From assembly GCF_001194135.2 (NCBI RefSeq), contig NC_068984.1, positions 137,119,323 through 137,183,322 of the forward strand: a stretch of DNA of 64,000 nucleotides. Direction: 5' to 3'. This document shows positions 12,141 to 24,363 of the stretch, one piece after another (position 1 is the stretch's first letter; the number at the start of each line of letters is the position of its first letter). Below the pieces are notes generated by a model. It was not told where the DNA came from, did not search any database, and saw nothing but the letters and a program-made list of their open reading frames with translations. Source of the stretch: Octopus bimaculoides (lineage: Eukaryota). The position numbers and the translations under genes are program-made.

Positions 12141-13134
12141 TTTGGTCAGGCTAGGGCTATAATAGGAGGTGCTTATGCAAGGTGCCATGCAGTGGGACTG
12201 AACCCAGATCCAAGTGATTGGGAAGCAAGCTTCTTAACCACACAGCTATGCCTGTTTGCTATTTATTCATTTACATTTTTTTTTTAATACTTTTACTGTT
12301 TCCTTGCCTTGACGTTGCATGACAGTTGTGAGTGTCAGTATCATGTAAGCTGTAGCCTCCATTTCCAATCTACCATGAAAACATGTCTAGTCTTGGGGAA
12401 ATATTACCTTACCTGCAAACAGGTGAGGGTTAGTGATAGGAAGAGCATCCAGCTGTAGGAAATCTGCCGCATCAAGTCTCTCCTTGTAAGGAAGGAAAAC
12501 TGGGGGCCAAAATGATGATACAAGACATGAAAATACCTAGGGCTTTAATTTTCTGTTAAACATACTAACAATCTTTTGGTGATTAAATTAGAACTTAGAA
12601 GTCCTTGTCTTGTTTTCTAACTTATCTGTGTAATAAATAAACCAAAGGCTCTAATCTGCAAAATATTCGCTCTAATTACACTTGCCCTAGTAATCAAATG
12701 GTGGCAGAGCAAAGTTTACCTGTGTCTTTTGAAGAGCCTGTACCAACCAATACATTCTGTGCCAGTATCATGTGCATTTGAAGCTGTGCCAAGCACGGTC
12801 CGGCAGACCTAGCTAACCCATGCCAATATGTAAAAACAAAAAAAAAATAGACACTGAAATAGAGGTGTAGTGGTGAAACATGATGATGGCAATGATTACA
12901 GCGACAATGAATTTAATTCTATATAAAGCTTGCACAGAGTATTGAATAGACATTGCCAAAAGGAGAAAACATTGCAAGAATAGCGCTAATTTCATGTTTT
13001 CAGGCAATTTTCTTTGACATTTTTTAAAATATTTTTTTCATAGTTTACAGCATATACAAATAATTTTGCTTTTTATCTCCTGATACTTTCATCACCACCA
13101 CCACCATCAACATTAGAACACATTTCAATGTTCA

Positions 13135-13175
<41 letters not shown>

Positions 13176-14399
13176 GGTCACACCATTCCTATTCAAAAGG
13201 ATTTGATCACAACACTATCAGCCATAAAGCCACAATAATTACCAATCAATTCAGCACACCAGCATAAAGTTAGTGATTTTATCCACCCAACACCCCCTTT
13301 TTTTTTTTGCTTACATATTCTGTAAGAAGGAACAGAGAGAGAGAGAGAGAGAGAGAATTTGAGTGACTTGCCCAAGGTACAGCACAACACCAGCAATAGA
13401 ACCGAAGCTTATGAATCTAACACCTTCATTCTTCCATAACAATTCCATAACAGTCAGAAAGTGGTGACGACAGGAGTGGAAACTAGTTGATTTGGTCACA
13501 AACACCTAATTGAAGGAATTTTCTGTTTACTGCAGAATATATCCACAAGAAAGCTTGGACACAACACAACAAGCTGACAAATCATTCATTTTATTGTTTA
13601 TAGAGTTCCTCCTGTGTCCCTTACTGTATATTGAACACTGCAATTGTTTGTTAGTAGTATCCGTTTTGTTTTTCTTTTTTTTACTACAGCTGTAAACTAC
13701 ACCAGTGTCGCATAACCAGCCAACTCAAAAGTACCCTTGGATCGTAGGGCGACATGCCATGCTTCAAAATGAAATCAAATCACAATCAAATGGAAATTAT
13801 AGCTGCGGACCCCGTGCTGGTGACATGTAAAAAGTACTATCCGAACGTGGTCAATGCCAGCCCTCTCACCCCAACTGGCTCCTGTGCCAGTGGCACGTAA
13901 AAAGCACCATCCGATCGTGGTCGATGCCAGCCCCCTCTGGCCCCTGTGCCGATGGTACATAAAAAGTGGAAACAAAATTTCCATTCAAATGGCAATTACC
14001 AGACAATTTCTGTTTGAGTCTAACTGTTTTAAGTCATATTGACTTAAAACGGTTAGACTCGAGTGGAAACACAACCTATGTTCCAAATAGGCATATGAAT
14101 ATTGTATAAGTTTCACAACTGAAAAATTTATTGTATTTTGTACATACAAGTATATCAGCCTGCAGGTGCAATAGAATGGGGTTTCCCCACCCTTGGTTAA
14201 ATAGATTTTTGTGAGTGTAGATTGAGCTCTGTAGCTACAGTAGTCAATCTAGAAGGAGAACTCCAAAATTAATATTCTCTTCCAACATGCCCTTAGCCAG
14301 TATGGAAGAGTATGGCTGATAAAACTAACATGAGGTATGTCCAATAACATAGATTCATACTACAGAAGCAACTATCTTGTGTTAGTGCACATTCTGTCA

Positions 14400-14620
14400 C
14401 GGGAAATAAATACAAGAGAATCAAACCATCGACATACAGGAGCACCCATGGACAAACAGTTTGAAGGCTCACAGAACTATCATGAACAAAACAGGGTTGA
14501 GAACTGAGCCTTGGCGGACACCCATCTATATGCTGAATTCCTCATTGAGTGCACTGCTGAGGCTCACTTATAATAACAACAACTCTGTATGTCTTATAGC
14601 TCTCGCAACCTATCCCTCCA
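14400..14620 (-). mobile_element. LINE RT core remnant (RTE-like)
   Basis: EEFSI*MGVRQGSVLNPVLFMIVL*A...CPWVLLYVDGL corresponds to GVRQGSVLSP..LLYADDL. Confidence 0.8.
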
Positions 14621-17411
14621 TCCTCCATTAATAAATACTACTCTTTTACTCTTTTACTTGTTTCAGCCATTTGACTACGGCCATGCTGGAGCACCACCTT
14701 TAGTCAATCAAATCGACCCCAGGACTTATTCTTTGTAAGCCTAGTACGTATTCTATCGGTCTCTTTTGCCGAACAGCTAAGTTACAGGGACGTAAACACA
14801 CCAGCATCAGTTGTCAAGCGATGTTGGAGGGACAAACACAGACACACAAACACACATATATATATATATACATATACATATATACGACGGGCTTCTTTCA
14901 GTTTCCGTCTACCAAATGCACTCACAAGGCTTTGGTCGGCCCGAGGCTATAGTTGAAGACACTTGCCCAAGGTGCCACGCAGTGGGACTGAACCCAGAAC
15001 CATGTGGTTGGTAAGCAAGCTACTTACCACACAGCCACTCCTGTGCCTACAGTAGTTACCCACACTGAGAAGACATCTGTGGTCCCAGGTCCTGGCACAA
15101 ACCCAGACTACATTTCATTTAAGTTAGTTCTGTACCTGATTAGCACTGCTATGATTCATTCTGACATGGTCCCCGCCCTTAAAGATTTTGTGATACTGTA
15201 GTGTACCCGGAAAACAGTGAGAGAGTAGCTTGATGAACTCCTTGACAGCATCGCTCTTAACACCCAGGATTATACCCGAGACGGTTCTTTATTTTCTACT
15301 CCTGCGTCTTGAATTATTGGTGTGGCATGAATTTATAAAATTTTTTTAATCATATTTTTGTCATATATATTTTTTCATCAGATAAAGAACTTTTTTTTCT
15401 TAATCATATACATCACTTTTTTTATCATCTATATAAGTTCTTTATTTATTTTTTTTTTTTTTTTTTTTTTNNNNNNNNNNNNNNNNNNNNNNNNNNNNNN
15501 NNNNNNNNNNNNNNNNNNNNNNNNNNNNNNNNNNNNNNNNNNNNNNNNNNNNNNNNNNNNNNNNNNNNNNNNNNNNNNNNNNNNNNNNNNNNNNNNNNNN
15601 NNNNNNNNNNNNNNNNNNNNNNNNNNNNNNNNNNNNNNNNNNNNNNNNNNNNNNNNNNNNNNNNNNNNNNNNNNNNNNNNNNNNNNNNNNNNNNNNNNNN
15701 NNNNNNNNNNNNNNNNNNNNNNNNNNNNNNNNNNNNNNNNNNNNNNNNNNNNNNNNNNNNNNNNNNNNNNNNNNNNNNNNNNNNNNNNNNNNNNNNNNNN
15801 NNNNNNNNNNNNNNNNNNNNNNNNNNNNNNNNNNNNNNNNNNNNNNNNNNNNNNNNNNNNNNNNNNNNNNNNNNNNNNNNNNNNNNNNNNNNNNNNNNNN
15901 NNNNNNNNNNNNNNNNNNNNNNNNNNNNNNNNNNNNNNNNNNNNNNNNNNNNNNNNNNNNNNNNNNNNNNNNNNNNNNNNNNNNNNNNNNNNNNNNNNNN
16001 NNNNNNNNNNNNNNNNNNNNNNNNNNNNNNNNNNNNNNNNNNNNNNNNNNNNNNNNNNNNNNNNNNNNNNNNNNNNNNNNNNNNNNNNNNNNNNNNNNNN
16101 NNNNNNNNNNNNNNNNNNNNNNNNNNNNNNNNNNNNNNNNNNNNNNNNNNNNNNNNNNNNNNNNNNNNNNNNNNNNNNNNNNNNNNNNNNNNNNNNNNNN
16201 NNNNNNNNNNNNNNNNNNNNNNNNNNNNNNNNNNNNNNNNTTAATAAAGTACAAAAAACATATATGGTATTTTATAGTTTATAAAACATGCACGCATTTC
16301 AGCAAATTAACTGCTAGGATTACATAATTGCTTGTTGGAACATGATATAATCTTATTAAATCACTTCTTCAGTGTTGAGTAAAAAATACAAAGAATGGTG
16401 TTACATGCTCAATATATATCCCCATAACATAAATTATTAACACCAGTGGAGTGGCAAAACCCAGGGCGCAGTATAGTAGGAAAAATACAGAGTACAGAAA
16501 GTTGTGACAACCTTCTCATATACAGTCTCTCTCTCTCTCTCTCTATCTCTCTCTAACTTTTTGTGTGTTTATATAAACACACACACACACACAGATTACA
16601 TGGAGTAGGCAAGTCTATCATCATCATCATTTAATATCTGGTGTCCATGCTGGCATGGGTTGGACAATTTGGCAAGAGCTGTCAAGCTGGGGAGTTGCAC
16701 CAGGTTCCAGTCTGATTTCGCATGGTTTCTACAGCTGGATACCCTTCCTAACACCAACCACTTTACAGAGTATACTGGGTGCTTTTACGTGTATGGGTAA
16801 TAATTCTGTTTCACAAAAAATATCATTCCAGTTTTGATCAATGTGCAGCACCTTGGGTAAATAGCTTCTACGATAATCTTGGTTAATCTGGGCCATGTAT
16901 GTAAGATTACATAGATCGAAATTGTATCTGTTGTTGAGTAGTAGACTTAACCCTTTCAATACCAACCTGGCTGAAACCACCTCTGCTTGATGGATGAACT
17001 AGAAACTGTCAACAACAAGGAAATGAAGTCTTCATTAGAAATGCACTGCTACCTCCCATATGTGCAGTAGCAGCTGATTGCATCACTTCATGCAACTGAA
17101 AAACACTATGTTCATCAGCAGATGACACAGTGGGTGGGTGGGTAGGTTTTTCACCAGTAAATGCTGTCATTAATGTCTTTGAATTTTTATATTTTTCTTG
17201 GTTAACCCTTTCGTTACCAACACAGCTGAAACCACCTCTGGCTCTGTAGTACAAATGTCTTGTTTTCATAAGTTTTGAATTAAAATCTTCCACCAAACCT
17301 GAGTCACAATTTATGTTCCTAACACTAGCTGAATGATAGCTAAGTTATTTTACTAAATTCTTTGTTATATTTAAAATTAAATGAAAGAAACACAAAGCAT
17401 CTCAAAAGGTA

Positions 17412-17545
17412 CCTTCCACAATTAGAGCTTGGCACTTCTTTACACATCTGTACTCATTCATATACATCACATGACCAAACCAGCACAGTCTTCTGTGTCC
17501 GTGGAAATATGCTCTTCTGAACCACATAGCAACGCTTGCTTCTAA
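17412..17545 (-). mobile_element. RTE-like LINE 3' remnant
   Basis: RRLCWFGHVMYMNEYRCVKKCQALIVEG is homologous to the 19364-19930 copy. Confidence 0.75.
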
Positions 17546-18048
17546 ACAATAAAAACATTTCTTAAAATTCTTTAGCCCTTCTGAAACAAACCTGCCTCAG
17601 AATGTCCCTGTTTCTGTAATACAAGCTTCTTGTTTTCAAGTGATTTGAGAACATTCTAGCTGGTTTTCTGAACACCAGATTAATGATGACAATTTCATTT
17701 TTTACTAAATTCTTCATCATTTTCAAAATTAACTGCAACAGGGGCCATATATTTCAACAAAAATATGGTAACAAAAGGGCTAGAGATGTTATGACTCAGA
17801 TTTCTGAAATTTACCATATTTTGACGTGTATAAGGAACCCTTTTTTGTCAAAAATTAGGTTTAAAAAAGGTGGGGGTTTCTTAAACATGGATAGTATTAT
17901 AATCTCTTACAAAACCTTTTTGCTAAATTTCAAGCTCCAAAAAATTAGGGGTTTCCTTATACACGAGGGTTTCTTATGCACATTAGAATATGGTACGTCT
18001 TACAAAATGGAGTGGTGGAATGAATGAAGTTAATCTTTAAGAACTTAC

Positions 18049-18096
18049 CAACTGGTCCATTCCATGGAATACTTGAAAGACTCAAAGCTGCAGAAG
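18049..18096 (-). CDS. PNPT1: PNPT1 exon 7
   Basis: ttacag|(A)[16 protein letters not shown]|gtaagt, 48 nt. Confidence 0.97.
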
Positions 18097-20989
18097 CTGT
18101 AAAATTGAATGAAATTTTTTTTGAGATCAACTAGCTGGGGTACCTAGTAAAAAATTACTGTTAATGTGTAGAATACATACATATTTGCAAAATTTTCTGA
18201 AAATACCAAAAAAATAAAAAAGTTACCAAGGGTTGTATGACATGTATCTTATTGATAAAGATGGAATCTGACCTCTCCCAGACAAGGTAGAAGTTATTAA
18301 CAAATTTCCAGTACCTAACTCTTTGAGTAAGCTTCGTGAGTTTGTAGGACTAATTAATTTCTATAGAAGATTTATACCTAACTGCACAGAAAGTTTATTT
18401 CCTTTAACGGAATTATTTAACATTTCCTGGATTTTGTTTTGTTTTGTTTTTTTAAAGATATACTTTGTAATTTTTTTTTTTCCAAGAGAATAGATTGAAC
18501 ATTTTTAAGAAGTTGTACTGAACATTCCATGAACATTGTACTTTTCTGTAAAGCTGTATTTCGTGGTTGTTTGCTGTTTTAAATATTGAAACATTTGTAT
18601 TTTTCTCAAAATTTGTATCTATATAGTATGCCGCATCCATTTCTCAAGACACTGAGGTTGGAATGTTCATTCAGATGGACGTCCTTCCTTCCCACTGTTG
18701 TGGTGGAACTTATTTTATTAACTAAATATCTTTATGCTCCTGTACAAAAAGACAGAGCACACAGCAAACCAACAAGTGAGACTCAACATTGTCCCTCACC
18801 ATAATAAAAATAAGTCTGACATGAGACAGGTCTAGAGCTAAGTAGCAACAACAACATGGCACATAATTAAGTTGAATAATTAAAATTAAACAGAATCTTA
18901 CCTGCATTAATGCTAAGGACATCGGGATTGTTATCCCCATCAACTGACAGTAAATTACACATCAGCTAGAATCAAAGGAAACAAAAAAGATATTATGATA
19001 TATCAGTGATTAAAACAAGAATGATTGTGGCAATAAATGTATACATGCATGATTGTATGTGTATCTGTCTATGTATGTATGTGTGTGTCTGTATATTAGT
19101 AAGTAGGAAAGCAGACAAATCACAAATCCCTTCAGGTTGATGGCCGTGCTCAGTCTGTAGAAAAGATATAGGTAGAAACACCATAAGATGTACCTGGTGT
19201 AAGCTGTGGACACATAAGAGGTGCAGCAATATCAGAGAAAGGTTAACAAAGAAAATAGCTTTTGTGTGTGAAAGATGCATAGATACAATAAACACTGAAA
19301 ATGTACAGAAAATAGACTCCATCAACTGCCTGTGAGGTAAGCTAGAGGTAGTAAATAGCTTCTATTATCTAGGTGACCAAGTTAATAGCAGAGATGGATG
19401 CCCCAAGAGTGTAACTGTGAGAATAAAAATAGGCTGGGGAGAGTTCAGAGAGCTCCTACCTCTGCTGGCAACAAAGGGCCTCTCCCTCAGAGTGAAAGGC
19501 AGATTGTATGATGCCTGTGTGCAAACAGCTATGCTACATGGCAGTGGAACATGGGCTGTGACAGCCAAGGAATTGTGTAGCCTTGAAAGAAATGCAGCCA
19601 CTATACTTCATTGGGTGTACAATGTCAGTGTGTATGTATGACAGAGTGTAAGCATCTTGAGAGAAAAGTTGGGCATAAGAGGCATCAGATGTGGTGAGCA
19701 AAAGAGACGACTGCACTGGTATGGTCATGTGATGCAGATGGACGAGGACAGCTATGCAAAGAAGTGCCGATCTCTAATTGCAGAGAGAACCTGTGGTAGA
19801 GGTAGACCCAAGAAGGCCTGGGATGAGATGGTGAAGCAAAATCTTCGAAATTTGGGTCTCACAGAGGCAATGACTAGTAACTGAGACCTTCAGCAATATT
19901 CTGTGCTTGAGAAGACCCCTCAAGTCAAGTGAAACTGTAGTCATGCTCAATGCTGGTGTCACATAACTGACACCTGTGCCGGGGGCACATAAAAAGCACC
20001 TTTCAAGCATTGGGCCTCATGGAGGCAAAGTGGCCAATGTTGGTGGCATTTGACACCACCACCGCTCATAACCTATATATATATATATATATATATATAT
20101 NNNNNNNNNNNNNNNNNNNNNNNNNNNNNNNNNNNNNNNNNNNNNNNNNNNNNNNNNNNNNNNNNNNNNNNNNNNNNNNNNNNNNNNNNNNNNNNNNNNN
20201 NNNNNNNNNNNNNNNNNNNNNNNNNNNNNNNNNNNNNNNNNNNNNNNNNNNNNNNNNNNNNNNNNNNNNNNNNNNNNNNNNNNNNNNNNNNNNNNNNNNN
20301 NNNNNNNNNNNNNNNNNNNNNNNNNNNNNNNNNNNNNNNNNNNNNNNNNNNNNNNNNNNNNNNNNNNNNNNNNNNNNNNNNNNNNNNNNNNNNNNNNNNN
20401 NNNNNNNNNNNNNNNNNNNNNNNNNNNNNNNNNNNNNNNNNNNNNNNNNNNNNNNNNNNNNNNNNNNNNNNNNNNNNNNTATATATATAGAAACTGTATG
20501 TCTGTATTTTCCATTTTTATTTTAAGGTTGAAGGATTTTTACTCCACTATTGCAAGCTTTTTTTTGATCAACTGTTTGCATCCAATCTTGCCTTTTTTAA
20601 AGATATTTTGCATTCAGTTAATTGGTCAAACAACATCTCTTGACAAAACTATTCAACAAATTCTACGAGACTATTGTTGGAAAGATACAAAATGGCACAG
20701 AGGTTGAACACAGAGTTGCTGGATGTATTCTATCGAAGTTGTCTGCAAACGATAATTAAGATCATATACAAGCAGATGATCATTAGCAGACATCGTTAAG
20801 TAGCACTGATTCCACTTTGTAGGTTATGCATTGCATAAACCAGACACACACACCATGCAAGAACAACAATATGCAAGCTACCAGCACAGCTATGAAAGCA
20901 ATTAATTATTAAATGTGAAAAAATTGGAAAAATTATCTAAAATCTGTTATGAAAACCTGCTGACTTTCTTTCTCCACCTGTTCCCCTAC

Positions 20990-21038
<49 letters not shown>

Positions 21039-24000
21039 ACATCATTCTTTCATTATACTGTCCTTATGTAACATCTTCTGTTGTATTCAGATCAGATTTG
21101 ATTTTCCTTCCAACAAAAATCAATACTTTATTTCCCTTATACAGTAAAGTTGAAAAACCTGTTAGACATAGGCACTTCAAAATACTTCTCAAGTTGAAGA
21201 TCTTGTTTATATTTCTTTCACTACATTAATTAATTGTTGTTTATCTTTGTAATTTGGGTTATATAAAGGCTGTAACTCCGTTTTTTTTTTTTGTTTTTGC
21301 TTTCCTAAAGAGGCACGGATTGGATGCGATCTTTTGAGGTAGTGTTTTATGACAGGAAGCCCTTCTTGAGACCAATTATTTAGTAACCTCTTCTGACACA
21401 CAGAATATGACCCCCTTCAGAAAGATAATGAAGGCAGCGAGCTGGCAGAATCGTTAACACGCCGGGCGAAATGCTTAGCAGTATTTCGTCTGACGTTACG
21501 TTATGAGTTCAAATTCCGCAGAGGTCGGCTTTGCCTTTCATCCAGTGCATAACTGGTACTTAATTTATCGACCCCGAAAGGAGGAAAAGCAAAGTCGACC
21601 TCGGCGGAATTTGAACTCAGAACCTAACAGCAGACGAAATACCGCTAAGCATTTCGCCCGGTGTGCTAACGATTCTGCCAGCTTCCTGTCTTTCGGATTC
21701 TGTTAACTAAATCCACTTACATGGTTTTGGCCAGCATAAGACTATGATAGAAGACACTCGCCCCAGATGCCACACAGTAAGACAAAACTCAGAACTTTGT
21801 GGTTGTGAAGCAAACTTCTTATCGCACAGCCATGCCTATGTCAATATGTCATAATATATTTAGGTTTTCATCATCATCATCATTTAACGTCCGCTTTCCA
21901 TGCTAGCATGGGTTGGACGATTTGACTGAGGACTGGTGAAACCGGATGGCAACACCAGGCTCCAATCTAAATTTGGCAGAGTTTCTACAGCTGGATGCCC
22001 TTCCTAACGCCAACCACTCAGAGAGTTTTAATATAGAAATAATTCAGCACTGCTTTCACTCTTTCACTATTGAACATGAACTGTAAAGATGACATGAAAA
22101 AAAAATGGCAATTTACCTGAGTTTCATTGCAAAATCCTTGAGGAAATAATGGTCGGAGGGAACGATCTGCAGAAAGCAAAACAGGGAAAAAGAAATCATC
22201 ATCATCATCATCGTTTAACGTCCACTTTCCATGCTAGCATGGGTTGGACGATTTGACTGAGGACTGGTGCAACCGGATGGCTACACCAGGCTCCAATCTA
22301 ATTTGGCAGAGTTTCTACAGCTGGATGCCCTTCCTAACGCCAACCAGCTTAATAAAATATGGAAAGTAAAAACAAATATTTGATTTCAAATTCTGGTAGA
22401 AGGCCAACAATTCTTGGGGAGAGGTTAAGTTGATTACTACATCAACCCCAGTGTTCAACTGGTACTTACTTTATTGAGCCCCCGAAGGGATGAAAGGCAA
22501 AGTCAACCGTGACAGAATTTGAACTTAGAACATCGAGACAGAAGAAATGACAGTAAGCATTTTGTCTGATGTGGTAAGGATTCTTATTTCTTTATTGCCC
22601 ACAAGGGGCTAAATAGGGAGGGGACAAACAAGGACAGACAAAGGGATTAAGTCAATTAGATCGACCCCAGTGCATAACTGGTACTTAAATTATTGACCCT
22701 GAAAGGATGAAAGGCAAAGTCGACCTCGGTGGAATTTGAACTCAGAACATAAGACAAACGAAATACCGATAAGCATTTCGCCCGGCATGCTAACGATTCT
22801 GCCAGCTCGCTACCTTAGTGAAAACAAATGTGAATTTCTTAATTAAGAAATGGAACTTAACGAGAAATAGCTTTGAAGATTTCATCTTGGATTTACAACT
22901 TGAATGCACAAGTTAAGAGTCAAGAGATCAGAATCTTAAAATTTTATCATAGTAGTTTTTTTAATGCTTCTTCCAATATTTCTCCTTTCACTTTTCTCGG
23001 GTGTTAAAATCCATAAGGCCAGTTACCACTTCTGCTCACTTGGCACAAAGCCACCTCCCTCAGTACTACACCCACCACCCACTTTTGTTGAGACAGGGGT
23101 GGAGTATTGTCGTGCAAGTTAATTGATGATTGGTCATCTTTGGGAATCCAACAGGAAAATTTAACGATGGTTGTTTCCAAAAGAACCCTATGGAGTAAAT
23201 TCTTGAGAGCTCTACCACCACGACCCTTCTAAAACTAGTGGGTGGCCAAAATGCATGGATGGACGACATTGTGACCAAACTAAACATCAACCAAATCAAA
23301 CTCACTGACCTCAGAGAAACTACAAAGGTCATTGCTAAACCTTAAAACTTGCTGGATACAACCAAACTACTCTTAAAATATTCCATTCCTTAACTCCAAA
23401 CTTAACATTGTATAAATGTTTCTTTGTTCAAACTGTTTTTTTTTCTAATCACAGAAAATATTAATTTCTATCTGCTAACAGCAGATTTAATTCAATTCTA
23501 ATTAATCATTAATCTGCATTTAATTAGTTGGTTAAAGTTTAATTAGTAAATTAATCTTTAATCTACTGATTAATTCAATAGATTAATGGTTGACTAAATA
23601 TTAGTAAGGAGACAATTAATAAGTCTACTAACCAATTAATCTTTAATTGATTAGTAGATTACTAACCAAGCCACTAACTAGTCTGTTGATTTAAATTAGT
23701 CTGTTGATTAATATCATATAATTAGCTAAGGCTATGAGCTTGCAGAATCGTTAGCACATCAGACAAAATGCTTAGCAACATTTCATCCGTCTTTCCATCT
23801 TGAGTTTAAATGCCACTGAGATGGACTTAGCCTTTTGGGGTCGATAAAATAAGTACCAGTTGAGTACTGGGGTCAATGTAATTGACTTACCCACTCCACT
23901 AAAATTGCTGGCCTTGTGCCATAATTTGAAACCAATATTATATGACTGTAACAAGTAAAAGATAAAAGTTGATCATAGGATATTTACTTATTCTGTAAAT

Positions 24001-24075
24001 GTGTGCATGTGTAGGTGTATATGTGCATATGTATATGGGTGGATAGGTAGGTAGGTAGGAAGCTAGGTAGGTAGG

Positions 24076-24119
<44 letters not shown>

Positions 24120-24326
24120 CAAATAGACAGACAGACAGACAGACAGACAAATAGATAGACAGACAGATAGATACATAGATAGATAGACAAATAGATAGAT
24201 AGACAGACAGATAGATATATAGACAGACAGACAGATAGACAAATAGATAGACAGACAGATACATACATAGATAGATAGACAAATAGATAGATAGACAAAT
24301 AGATAGATAGACAGACAGATAGATAT

Positions 24327-24363
<37 letters not shown>

